Assembly: GCA_964016885.1 (NCBI GenBank)
Contig: OZ024742.1
Span: 125,550,001 to 125,614,000, forward strand
Direction: 5' to 3'
Source: Eledone cirrhosa
Lineage: Eukaryota
DNA: 64,000 nucleotides
Made by a program: the position numbers and the translations under genes. Shown here in pieces: positions 42,460-55,578 of the stretch (the first letter of the stretch is position 1; each line of letters begins with the position of its first letter). The notes below the pieces were generated by a model. The model had not been told where the DNA came from, did no database searches, and saw only the letters and a list, made by a program, of their open reading frames with translations.

Positions 42460-42960
42460 AATGGAGACATAGCATGCTTTCCAACAGACAAGTCTGGCAG
42501 AATGTTGGTTGACAGTCTGCCAAACTACATCCAGGCAATGCAACCCCACATCAGTAACACAAGAGAAGTAACACCGCAAGAGCATGAGGATAGAGAAAAC
42601 GCCCTCAATGCCCATATGGTGATGTGGACAAATATAATGCAGCCCAACAAAAGGACTGGCAACAACTTCCAGGCCTGGAACATGACGTGCCAGCGTTGTA
42701 TGGGCTTCGAAAAGACCATAAAATTGGCAGTGACCCTGTCACGGGACCACGGACACGGCCAGTCTGTGGAGCTAACATTGCTAGTAACTACAGACTGTCC
42801 TACCTCCTCTCCCTGATCATACGCCCCATCATTGAAATGTCCCCAGATGTATGTGACAGCACGGAGGACCTCCTCAGCAGAATCGGCGAGAGTAACCGAT
42901 CTAGGGACCTAACAAACTGCATAATAGGTAGTATGGATGTTGTGTCCTTGTATCCATCTA
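42460..42960 (+). pseudogene. PLE-3 N-terminal RT segment, inverted
   Basis: PALYGLRKDHK, RPV, IIGSMDVVSLYPS, which continues in the minus ORF at YPSID. Confidence 0.85.
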
Positions 42961-43602
42961 GAGCCATACGGACCCCCTTGTATAGGAGTAAATTTTGGAA
43001 TAGAATAGAAAGAACTAGGAATAAGGCCAATAGAATAAACTCATGGTATGATAGCAATAAATACCAGAGTGTAATGTTCATCGATACAACCCCTAGAGGT
43101 GAATTAGCTTACAAATTTAGAAGGGCCCTAGATAAACATAAACTTAATATTAAGATAGTAGAAAGACCAGGTACCTCCATAAAAAACACTTATTAGCAAG
43201 ACATACCCTTTTCAAAGACCCTCCTGTATACATAAGAAATGTATAACCTGTAAATTAAACCCCCACATTAACTGTAAAACTAAAAATGTAGTATATAGCA
43301 TAAGATGTACTGAAGGACAATGTAGAGATAAAAATATAGTGTACATAGGTGAGACAGCTCGTAGTGTAGGGGAACGGATAAATGAACACTGGCGAGACCT
43401 TCAAGATAGTAAAGAATCATCTGTACTCTACCAACATGCTAAAATAGAACATAAGGGTAAATTAGAGAACATAGAAATAAAAATAGAATCTACACACAGA
43501 AAAGCCGCAATGTTTAGACAAATCACAGAGGCAATAAACATAAAAGAATTACAACCAAAATTAAATAGAAAACATGAGTGGAACAGCAACATCACAACTT
43601 AG
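42960..43602 (+). pseudogene. PLE-3 duplicated GIY-YIG tail
   Basis: YIGETARSVGERINEH, near-identical to the minus copy. Confidence 0.85.
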
Positions 43603-43809
43603 AATTAAGGACAAAATGAAAACACACACGCACATAGAACAAACAAACAACCAGTAACATGTAAATAAACAAATAAATAAACGAATATAAAGACACACAG
43701 ACACCCGGATGTGGCGCATGCGCAGACTGAGCACACAACACACACACAGAAACAAGATGGCGTAGGACAGAACAAAGGAGAGGCACAAAAACAAAGAAAA
43801 GAATCCCCA

Positions 43810-43852
43810 GTCATTGAAGAAGTCACAGAATATGTGACGAAAGAACTTTGAC
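43810..43852 (+). ncRNA. Type I HHR, PLE-3 inverted copy (C3U)
   Basis: GTCA-TTGAAGA-a-gtcac..gtgac-GAAA-gaac-TT-TGAC. Confidence 0.6.
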
Positions 43853-44075
43853 AATATATAAACAACCATCTGGTTGTGGAACCAACCAACCAACGGGAAA
43901 TTTATAAATTCCTAAATTTATAAATATATTATAATAAATTGAAGTGAAAGCAACTGGTGCGTATGTTTCTTATTGTCAACATGACCCTCCCAAAGTATAA
44001 CAATATCGGTTTCAACACACATTTTCAGATAAAGAATCTTGCTAAATAAATTCAGAAACGAAATATATATATATA

Positions 44076-46257
44076 ATTATAATAAAATAACAGGAGGCTG
44101 GACTTGTGTAAATCCTTGAAAGGTTCATTATACTATGATCATTTCAATGACCGGGTTCCGTATGAATCCGGTGATATGATCAAGTATTCGAAATATAATG
44201 AATGAATGTAACAGATAATATCCATGGGGCTGAAAATCATAGACCCGAGGACGACCAACCATCTAGCATCTTCCACTTTAGCCGGTCGCCCTCAAGTGCT
44301 GGCCATTCGGTCTACTTAAGACTATTTAGTGAGGGGGCGAAAGCTTATAATGTGCTACTAACCTCCGGTCAAAGAGAAAAAAAGACAGAAAGAAAGAAGA
44401 AAAGTCAGCGTTAATGTCATGCTACAACCAGGCTAGGAATTGCCGCGAAAAAAGTTATTCTAAAGAACCTATATCTTAACAGAGGTATATAATATAACAG
44501 AGGTATATATAGTGGGCGTCTGCATGGTATAATGTGTGAACAGGAAATTGGAACGTTAAATTTTTGTTTAGATTTATACGAAGAAATAAAAAAAAAATTT
44601 AATTAAAGATTAAAATTATAAAATTAAAAAATTTAGAAAATTAAAAATTATGGTTTGGGTTGCGAGATTTAGTTAAAGAATTAATGTTTTTATCTTCGTA
44701 TTCTGCTTTTATTTATATATGTATTTTTGTTTTTTTGCCTACTGTTCCTTTTATTTAGGTTTTTACTCGCTTTACTCTCATTAAGTACTTATCATTGTAC
44801 TCATTAGCACACAACACTAGAATATCTCCCCCTGAGAACCATAATACTTATAACCCGGACTATCTGGGGACCTAGATATAGTCTATTTGCGCTTTTGATC
44901 GGGTTTTATAATTGATTACACGCGATGATCCGACTGGTGTGGTGGTTTTCCTGGCTGCGCGCCCGGCGCCCTGGTGCATAAGCCTCCCTTGAGTGCTTGG
45001 AAAAATAAATTTCCCCTTCTTTCTGTAAATGAAATTACTCGGAGCGGCTGCTTCGCCCCGGGGCCCGCCGCGCCATCGTTTTTGACCGCCATATAGTACC
45101 TTTAAATTCTAGGCCTAATCATAGCTATTAGCTGTATCATGCCTCCCTCTACTGGCTCTTAAACAAATCCCCCTCCTGTGTAAATTAATAGTACTCTTTG
45201 GTATAACGATGGCCTAACGACGATGGCTGACTTCCCACTAGCACACCCGAAGCCTAGAACAGTTACATTCCTCGAGTGATCGGAAAAATTGATTTCCATA
45301 TCTTTCGCTAGACGATTTCACTCGGAATGGCTGACACGTGGTAAGAATGGGCTGGCCGGAGTCTGCAGTCGTCGCGTGCTGTTTGACTGCTAAACAAGGA
45401 CTTAATCTTTACTCTATATCCCAACCTGAAAACTTATCGAGGATCTCTATAATACACTTAAATTTTTTTCATAAAAGACTCTCTCTGGAAATTCTTTAAC
45501 TAAATCTCGCAACCCAAACCATAAATTTTTTTTAAACTGTTTAATTTTTAATTTTATAATTTTTTTAATTTTATAATATTAATCTTTAATTTAATTTTTT
45601 TTTTAAATTTCATCCTATAAATCTAAACAAAAATTTAACGTTCCAATTTTCTGTTCACACATTATACCATGCAGACGCCCACAATATATACCTCAATTAT
45701 AATATATACCTCTGTTAAGATATAGGTTCTTTAGAATAATTTTTTCGCGACAATTCCTAGCCTGATTGTAGAATGACATTAACGCTGACTTTTATTATTT
45801 CTTTCTGTCTTTTTTTTTCTCTTTGACCGGGAGGTTAGTAGCACATTATAAGCTTTCGCCCCCTCACCAGACAGCCTTAAGTAGACCGAATGGCCAGCAC
45901 TTGAGGGCGACCGGCTAAAGTGGAAGATGCTAGATAGTCGGTCGTCCTCGGGTCTATGATTTTCAGCCCCATAGATTTTATCTGTTACATTCATTTATTA
46001 TATTTCGAATACCTGATGATATCACCGGATTCCTACGGAACCCGGTCATTGAAATGATCATAGTATAATAAACCTTTCAAGGATTTACACAAGTCCAGCC
46101 TCCTGTTATTTTATCATAATATTTAACTGCGTACTCGCACCACCAACTACACAAACGAAGACGGTTGAACCGCTTTAAGTTGAGTACTCTCCATATTATT
46201 ACATCAAGATTGAGCATACGGAATGACCAGCTCTATCCAGTGGTGAACCTTCAAACC

Positions 46258-46260
<3 letters not shown>
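44076..46260 (+). mobile_element. Non-coding inverted-repeat element with HHR-bearing ~610-bp arms and GC-rich core
   Basis: 44076-44682 is inverted relative to 45491-46120; unique 3' extension to (TA)n at 46260. Confidence 0.8.
46009..46066 (+). ncRNA. Type I HHR, canonical core
   Basis: ATAC-CTGATGA-t..accggattcc-tac-ggaacccggt..t-GAAA-tgatca-TA-GTAT; decayed mirror copy at 44130-44187. Confidence 0.82.
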
Positions 46261-46314
<54 letters not shown>

Positions 46315-46349
46315 ATGCTCACATACATCCAAACATTTACACATAGTCA

Positions 46350-46915
46350 ACGTTGTCTTTCATCCTTTCGAGGCCGATAAAAACAACCAGTTCACAGCCT
46401 AGTACTGGAATCTTCTTCCTCTATATCTCTTTCTCGCTTTCTCTCACACAGTCAATCCTTCTCTTGAAGAAGTTTCCTGTGTTCAGACTTGGAGAGGGAT
46501 GGGTACAGCCAGATTTTAAATGTCCAAGAGACACCGGATGCCATTACGGTGCACCTACGACTCCATCAAGAGTTAAGGGCCTATCGCGTCAATTATATGC
46601 ATGTAGGCGGAGAGTCGTATAGGCGACTAATACCATGGTATTTGTTTCAGGCCATATACTCTGAGTTCAAATCCAGTTCAACTTTACCTTTCATCTTTTT
46701 GACGCCGCTAATCAAAGTACAATTTCTGTACTGGGGTCAGTTCCTCCTCTATCTCTCTGTATCGCTTTCTCTCTCACTCTCTATTTCTTTCATCTCTCAA
46801 AGAATACGCCAGAGACAAGCAATGGAGACTGATGTTGTTCCACAAGGTTCAAAATGCCCGGGACATGCCGTTTATCATAACGGTGCACCCACAGCTTCAT
46901 TAGGTGTTAAGTGAT
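46350..46915 (+). mobile_element. Two tandem decayed SINE plus (CT)-tail copies
   Basis: CTTTCATCCTTTCGAGG.CGATAA and GAGTTCAAATCC motifs; tails homologous to each other and to 13390. Confidence 0.6.
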
Positions 46916-47295
46916 TTTTCCCTTCTTTTTCCTCTCCATATAGACTTATAAAGCTGCGTTATGCTGTACAACATAAATAATCAAACACCTTATTGTTTAT
47001 ATGATACTAGATAAGACCATTGGATTGTTTACAGAATGCTTTGTTTACAGTTTTACTAAATGCCTAATATTTTATGTAATAAATGATATATGTTTCATAC
47101 CTTCAATGCAAACACTTACTACAGATAAAATACTATGAGTGAAGCATATCTTATTGTTCAAAGTGCGTTAATGGCTGTGATAATGTTGATTAATATTCCA
47201 CTGAAATTTAAGTTTAACGTTTTAACTCTTTCAAAGAAAAGTACTTTATTTTCAGTGCGTTCGCTCGCAGTTACACCCACACAAACAGAGAGAAG

Positions 47296-47405
<110 letters not shown>

Positions 47406-47929
47406 TACGGGAACGCACATTCACAGGCACGCAGAGACGCACATGGCCGAACACACGCGCACATGCTCACGCGCACAAAGCACATGAACACACTAAAGCA
47501 TACACAAAAAGCACACATATACAGAAGCGCGCACACTTACACACACACACACACACACACAAAATAACAACGACAAGAAATAACACACAACCTCTATTTT
47601 GCTTTTATAGGCATCCAGCTGCCATACTCTAACTTCTCCACTCAGCTTAGAATCTTTTGTCTGGCGTGTCACGATACTCCGCTTTATTATCGAATCTCAA
47701 AACTCTTCCACACAAATTTCCAACCCAAATGGCATTTTAATGTTCTCACTAAATTGCCTGACAAAACAGAAAAGACTTTTAAGTTACGGAACATTTACTG
47801 TATATAATTGCTCAACATCTTTGAAGAAGATATGTAGAATGTTCCTTGTTCATTCTATCTATTATCTATCTATCACGATATCCATTTATCTTCTATATTT
47901 TTCTCTCGCTCACTCTCTCTCTCTTTTTT

Positions 47930-48351
<422 letters not shown>

Positions 48352-49202
48352 TGTGTGTGTGAGAGAGAGTATGTGTGTCTATGTATGTGCCAGTGTGCAC
48401 ATGCGTGCGCGTCTTTAACCCATGAAAGTGGCTTTCCCTTTATGTTTGAGACAACAATAAGAAATTATAGGAACTGCTTTTAGTGCATTTATCTTTTTTT
48501 TTCTTTTTCTTGCATAATGCAATATTGCGAATTTCTTATATGTATTCTAATAAGTTTACTTGATCTCCTTAAAAAAAATTCATAGGAAAAATACAGTTAA
48601 AATATTCAAAGAAAATAATTTCTTCTTGTAAACAATGTCATTTTCCAACAAGTGTTATAACTGTGGAGTGTATAAAAATTCAAAACAGACTTGTATTCTT
48701 CGCAGTTCCAGCGTTGTTGTCTTATATAGTTTGCTAGATATTGGTTTTGTTTTATGTACAGTCGATTCGGTGCGGTAATAATTTTCGCAAAGTGTGAGTT
48801 AAATTACAAACAGAAGAATAATTTGTAAGCGCCATGCATTTTGAGTATGTATGTATGTTACGTAACTGCTGAGGGAGTCGTAGACATACCGTCGTTACAT
48901 AATAAAATACCTATCTGGAGCATTATTTTATCTTGGCGGACTCTACCACATTTCCAAGTCTGAACACAGCTGATTCCTTACAGAGAAAGTGACAAATATA
49001 GAAGAAAGGTGTTTGTGTGCGTCTGTCTGTCTGTGTATATGCGTGTGGGTATGTATATATATATATATACAAAATTAAGATAAATTAAAATGAACTTAAT
49101 CCAAATCAAAATTATGGGTGACATGCCAGAAAGGGATGCGCCTTATGTGATTATCTCCTGTGATTATTCATGTTTATTTATATGTTAATCAATGTCTAGT
49201 TG

Positions 49203-49306
<104 letters not shown>

Positions 49307-49369
49307 CACATATACACACGCACAGACACACACACACGCACACACGTGCTTTAATATATATATATATAT

Positions 49370-49520
49370 AGAATATAGAAATGGCTTCTGATGATTTCTA
49401 CCGAATGAAACAGTTCTAGTCCTGTAGACGCCATTTCTATATTAAATATTTATACTCTGCTATGTATTGAGTACCTTACTTACTATGGTTACCCCCGATT
49501 GAACACCGGATAAAGTTATG
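49370..49520 (+). mobile_element. ~150-bp solo HHR element in (TA)n
   Basis: Homologous copy at 55672-55812 (minus) and terminal fragment at ~56232-56260. Confidence 0.7.
49372..49443 (+). ncRNA. Type I HHR
   Basis: ATATAGAAATGGC-tt-CTGATGA-t-ttc-tacc-gaa-t-GAAA-cag..ctg-TA-gac-GCCATTTCTATAT. Confidence 0.75.
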
Positions 49521-49863
49521 TATATATATATATATATATAATGATGAAATATATGGAGAATAGAAATGGCTGTGTAGTTGCTATTTAAGGTAACTTAAAA
49601 TGCAGTGGGATTACGAAGAAAGCAAGAACGGGGGGTCCTCATCAGTTGTCTACTGGGGATCACGGATATTTCTACGCTTTAAAGACAAGATACCTCGGCC
49701 CAGGGCGTCAATAATTGGATAGGATATTGGGAAAACGGAGGAAAGAGGGAAGGAATGCAATGGGGAAGAAAACCGAAAACAGTAACAAAACAGCGAAAAA
49801 AGACAACAAACCGAGCAATGTGCGAGCAACTTAAGGTAAAAGATCCAAGATCACTCGGTAAGG

Positions 49864-49908
<45 letters not shown>

Positions 49909-49912
<4 letters not shown>

Positions 49913-50145
49913 AACGAGTAGGACCCCGACGGGTGAGCTCAAGCCGTTTCGACGGCTAATTCTGGACTAAAAACTTTAGTCCAGAAATAGCCATCGAAAC
50001 GGCTTGAGCTCTGCCGTCTAGCCGTCGAAACGGCTTGAGCTCAGCCGTCGGGGTCCTACTCGTTCCTATTACCCACTCTACTACCCTAAGTATTGAGTAC
50101 TTTGGTGCGTTATGGCCCATCTGGTTCCTTACCACATTTCCTTCG

Positions 50146-50148
<3 letters not shown>
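49909..50148 (+). mobile_element. Palindromic miniature element (HHR-half family), copy A
   Basis: TAGGAACGAGTAGGACCCC..GGGGTCCTACTCGTTCCTA arms plus family tail. Confidence 0.85.
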
Positions 50149-50212
<64 letters not shown>

Positions 50213-50214
<2 letters not shown>

Positions 50215-51936
50215 AGAGTATTACCAACAAACCTTTGGATTGCCCATGGGATCAAGCCTATCAGGTGTGCAAGCGATCTCTTACATGGACAACCTCGAAC
50301 GCAAGGCACTCAACGCCTGCCACCCCAACGCTGTAGCCTTTTTCTCAAGGTACGTGGACGATATCCTCATCCTCACATCTTCCCAAGACACGGCAAACAG
50401 AATCTATGAGACGTTCAACAACACGGACGAGAACATTGACTTCAGTGTTGAACACCCCAACGAAGACGGGTCACTTGCCCTCCTCGACTTCCGAATCAAC
50501 ATCACGGAACAGGGAAGGATCCACTGTAACTTCTACCGAAAGGCAGCCTGCAGGGACCTGTTCGTTCATTATAAGTCCGCCCTCCCTAACACTGCCAAAA
50601 GAGGATACATCACGAACGAGATCGCGCAAATCAAAAACAGATGCAGTGATCCCGCGAGGGGTGTCATTCATACCAAGCGATTCCTCGAGGTGCTGGAGAC
50701 GAACGGGTACCCTACCTCGATCACAGACAGAATAGGAGACACCAGACACAAGAGACAGAGAGGCACCCAAGGCAAGTGCTTCCTTAAAATGCCACACCTG
50801 GGCGAGAATACCACCAACGCTATCCGCAAGGCTATACGGAGGGAGGGCCTCGACATCCACCTGGCCCACTCGGGCCCCTCCCTGCGAAGATGCCTCTCCA
50901 GGAAACCCGGGAAATCTACTGACGCATGCTCCCTCAGAGACTGCCCGATACGCCTTGCGAACTGTTGCCTACGCACGTCGTGTATAAGATAGAATGTGAC
51001 AGGTACAACCAATACTACATAGGTAGCACAATCCGACCTTTGCAGATCCAGATCAAGGAACACACTAAAACCAGGGACTCGTCTTTCCGGAAACACATAG
51101 ACAAATGCGGAAACCAAGACGGAAGGCCCATTGTCACAATTCTAGCGACTGAAAGAAACGTCGGCACGTTACGTATCAAGGAAGCGCTTTTTATCAAACG
51201 CCTGCAACCGCAAATAAACAACCGATCAGAGAGAAGCGAAATGAGATGGCTGGTTTAAGTTAAAAAACGATGCAGCAACACACAACACACGCACACACAC
51301 ACACAAACGAGACAACTACACACACACACACACACGCGCGCGCGCACACACACACAGTAGCATTCCACCATACGAACATACTACACTGCCAATACAGAGG
51401 AACAAGGCAACGACACACGCACACACACACACACACACACACATACAAGCGAGGCAACAACACACGCACACACACACACAGTAACATTTAACAAACAGGC
51501 AGAGAATGGACTGACAGCTAGCGTCACCCCACTCCCTCATTCGGCCGCTGACCTCTGCCCGACCGACCCCATTTCACGCGCACACGCGCTCTGCAGAATA
51601 CCTCAGATATTCAAAACAACAAACAGCGAAGGAAGCGTTTCGCACCTGTCCGACAGACAACCTTTTCCCCCACCCCGGAAAAAACCCCCAGTTGATGGAT
51701 GTGAATCCGAAATATATAGGGACTATTAAATCTCTCCCAAGGTAACTCTCTCTTGTGTTGTTATTTTTATTTTTATTTTATCATTTATACTCTTCCCTTC
51801 ATTCTTCTACACATCTTACACATCTTATACACACCACGCATCTCAACGTACACCCACTTACATCTCTCTCTCTCCACCACCGGATCTTATTACCCGGAGA
51901 TTTACCCATTTGCATTGTCGAGGCTTCCAAACGGCT

Positions 51937-51940
<4 letters not shown>
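50213..51940 (+). mobile_element. PLE-4, 5' truncated (RT, thumb, GIY-YIG; frameshift near 50980)
   Basis: YYQQTFGLPMGSSLS, FSRYVDD, LALLD, FYRK, NGYP, VVYKIEC..YYIGST; decayed HHR at 51685-51722. Confidence 0.9.
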
Positions 51941-51980
<40 letters not shown>

Positions 51981-51984
<4 letters not shown>

Positions 51985-52174
51985 AGAAAGTATGACCTCG
52001 ACGGCAGAGCTCAAGCTATTTCTGGACTAAAAACCTTAGTCCAGAAATAGCCGTCGAAACGGCTTGAGCTCAGCCGTCGGGGTCCTACTCGTTCCTATTA
52101 CCCACTCTACTACCCTAAGTATTGAGTACTTTGGTGCGTTATGGCCCATCTGGTTCCTTACCACATTTCCTTCG

Positions 52175-52177
<3 letters not shown>
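51981..52177 (+). mobile_element. Chimeric miniature element (left arm of copy B, right arm of copy A)
   Basis: Left arm matches 54022, right arm and tail match 50030-50148. Confidence 0.85.
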
Positions 52178-52237
<60 letters not shown>

Positions 52238-52239
<2 letters not shown>

Positions 52240-53439
52240 AGAGTATTACCAACAAACCTTTGGATTGCCCATGGGATCAAGCCTATCAGGTGTGCAAGCG
52301 ATCTCTTACATGGACAACCTCGAACGCAAGGCACTCAACGCCTGCCACCCCAACGCTGTAGCCTTTTTCTCAAGGTACGTGGACGATATCCTCATCCTCA
52401 CATCTTCCCAAGACACGGCAAACAGAATCTATGAGACGTTCAACAACACGGACGAGAACATTGACTTCAGTGTTGAACACCCCAACGAAGACGGGTCACT
52501 TGCCCTCCTCGACTTCCGAATCAACATCACGGAACAGGGAAGGATCCACTGTAACTTCTACCGAAAGGCAGCCTGCAGGGACCTGTTCGTTCATTATAAG
52601 TCCGCCCTCCCTAACACTGCCAAAAGAGGATACATCACGAACGAGATCGCGCAAATCAAAAACAGATGCAGTGATCCCGCGAGGGGTGTCATTCATACCA
52701 AGCGATTCCTCGAGGTGCTGGAGACGAACGGGTACCCTACCTCGATCACAGACAGAATAGGAGACACCAGACACAAGAGACAGAGAGGCACCCAAGGCAA
52801 GTGCTTCCTTAAAATGCCACACCTGGGCGAGAATACCACCAACGCTATCCGCAAGGCTATACGGAGGGAGGGCCTCGACATCCACCTGGCCCACTCGGGC
52901 CCCTCCCTGCGAAGATGCCTCTCCAGGAAACCCGGGAAATCTACTGACGCATGCTCCCTCAGAGACTGCCCGATACGCCTTGCGAACTGTTGCCTACGCA
53001 CGTCGTGTATAAGATAGAATGTGACAGGTACAACCAATACTACATAGGTAGCACAATCCGACCTTTGCAGATCCAGATCAAGGAACACACTAAAACCAGG
53101 GACTCGTCTTTCCGGAAACACATAGACAAATGCGGAAACCAAGACGGAAGGCCCATTGTCACAATTCTAGCGACTGAAAGAAACGTCGGCACGTTACGTA
53201 TCAAGGAAGCGCTTTTTATCAAACGCCTGCAACCGCAAATAAACAACCGATCAGAGAGAAGCGAAATGAGATGGCTGGTTTAAGTTAAAAAACGATGCAG
53301 CAACACACAACACACGCACACACACACACAAACGAGACAACTACACACACACACACACACGCGCGCGCGCACACACACACAGTAGCATTCCACCATACGA
53401 ACATACTACACTGCCAATACAGAGGAACAAGGCAACGAC

Positions 53440-53473
<34 letters not shown>

Positions 53474-53961
53474 GCGAGGCAACAACACACGCACACACAC
53501 ACACAGTAACATTTAACAAACAGGCAGAGAATGGACTGACAGCTAGCGTCACCCCACTCCCTCATTCGGCCGCTGACCTCTGCCCGACCGACCCCATTTC
53601 ACGCGCACACGCGCTCTGCAGAATACCTCAGATATTCAAAACAACAAACAGCGAAGGAAGCGTTTCGCACCTGTCCGACAGACAACCTTTTCCCCCACCC
53701 CGGAAAAAACCCCCAGTTGATGGATGTGAATCCGAAATATATAGGGACTATTAAATCTCTCCCAAGGTAACTCTCTCTTGTGTTGTTATTTTTATTTTTA
53801 TTTTATCATTTATACTCTTCCCTTCATTCTTCTACACATCTTACACATCTTATACACACCACGCATCTCAACGTACACCCACTTACATCTCTCTCTCTCC
53901 ACCACCGGATCTTATTACCCGGAGATTTACCCATTTGCATTGTCGAGGCTTCCAAACGGCT

Positions 53962-53965
<4 letters not shown>
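52238..53965 (+). mobile_element. PLE-4 tandem duplicate (offset 2025 bp)
   Basis: ORF translations identical to those in 50213-51940. Confidence 0.9.
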
Positions 53966-54021
<56 letters not shown>

Positions 54022-54025
<4 letters not shown>

Positions 54026-54215
54026 AGAAAGTATGACCTCGACGGCAGAGCTCAAGCTATTTCTGGACTAAAAACCTTAGTCCAGAAATAGCCGTCGAAA
54101 CGGCTTGAGCTCGGCCGTCGAGGTCATACTTTCTCCTATGACCCACTCAACTACCCTAAGTATTGAGTACCCTGGTGCGTTATGGTCCATCTGGTTCCTT
54201 ACCACAACTCCTCCG

Positions 54216-54218
<3 letters not shown>
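54022..54218 (+). mobile_element. Palindromic miniature element, copy B
   Basis: TAGGAGAAAGTATGACCTC..GAGGTCATACTTTCTCCTA arms plus family tail. Confidence 0.85.
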
Positions 54219-54254
<36 letters not shown>

Positions 54255-54741
54255 TATATATATTAGAATTGGAGCTCTGAAATAGCAATATATATATGGA
54301 TGTATATATAATGTATTTTGCAATACACTTTATGCTTAATTAAAAGTATTTTGAAGACCGTATGCTATTGTTTTAGAGTAGTGACAAATTCACTTACTTT
54401 AATCTCAGCAAACAGGGGAGATAAGCCGACAATGCCTTGTTTCGCTTTTGTTGAAACTTATCAAGGCTAACTACCCCTCCTGTCTACTGAGATTACTGAT
54501 GTTATATTCTTAAAGAATTCTAGTAAATAATCAGGAACTGATTATACAGAGCGATTGTTGGTCAGGCAGAAATTAAAAATTAGAATTGGAGCTCTGAAAT
54601 AGCAATATATATATGGATGTATATATAATGTATTTTGCAATACACTTTATGCTTAATTAAAAGCATTTTGAAGACCGTATGCTATTGATTTAGAGTAGTG
54701 ACAAATTCACTTACTTTAATCTCAGCAAACAGGGGAGATAA

Positions 54742-54784
54742 GCCGACAAGGCCTTGTTTCGCTTTTGTTGAAGCTTATCAAGGC
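54742..54784 (-). ncRNA. Type I HHR with U3:A8 core (also 54425-54467 and 55059-55101)
   Basis: Minus strand GCC-TTGATAA-gctt-caacaa-aagc-GAAA-c-aaggcctt-GTC-GGC. Confidence 0.8.
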
Positions 54785-55409
54785 TAACTACCCCTCCTGT
54801 CTAATGAGATTACTGATGTTATATTCTTAAAGAATTCTAGTAAATAATCAGGAACTGATTATACAGAACGATTGTTGGTCAGGCAGAAATTAAAAATTAG
54901 AATTGGAGCTCTGAAATAGCAATATATATATGGATGTATATATAATGTATTTTGCAATACACTTTATGCTTAATTAAAAGCATTTTGAAGACCGTATGCT
55001 ATTGATTTAGAGTAGTGACAAATTCACTTACTTTAATCTCAGCAAACAGGGGAGATAAACCGACAAGGCCTTGTTTCGCTTTTGTTGAAGCTTATCAAGG
55101 CTAACTACCCATCCTGTCTACTGAGATTACTGATGTTATATTCTTATAGAATTCTAGTAAATAATCAGGAACTGATTATACAGAGCGATTGTTGGTCAGG
55201 CAGAAATTAAAAATTAGAATTGGAGCTGAGATTAAAGTTATATATACATTATATATACATCCATATATATATTGCTATTTCAGAGCTCCAATTCTAATTT
55301 TTAATTTCTGCCTGACCAACAATCGCTCTGTATAATCAGTTCCTTATTATTTACTAGAATTCTATAAGAATATAACATCAGTAATCTCAGTAGACAGGAG
55401 GGGTAGTTA

Positions 55410-55452
55410 GCCTTGATAAACTTCAACAAAAGCGAAACAAGGCCTTGTCGGC
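55410..55452 (+). ncRNA. Type I HHR with U3:A8 core, inverted unit
   Basis: GCC-TTGATAA-actt-caacaa-aagc-GAAA-caaggccttg-TC-GGC. Confidence 0.72.
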
Positions 55453-55578
55453 TTATCTCCCCTGTTTGCTGAGATTAAAGTAAGTGAATTTGTCACTACT
55501 CTAAAACAATAGCATACGGTCTTCAAAATGCTTTTAATTAAGCATAAAGTGTATTGCAAAATACATTATATATACATC

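Noticed and set aside
42443-42615. N-terminal ~58 aa of the 601-aa ORF
   Set aside because: Antisense read-through of the inverted RT segment, not a real N-terminus
44700-45490. GC-rich core as a coding relic
   Set aside because: Frames tried by hand have multiple stops and no recognisable motif
49628-49655. Minus-strand CTGATGA-ggac..gttc as an HHR
   Set aside because: No GAAA, stem III or cleavage triplet follows; at most a deleted relic
54263-55230. Array as CRISPR or plain satellite
   Set aside because: No spacers; the HHR per unit, inverted terminal unit and dispersed relative fit a retro-mobilised element better
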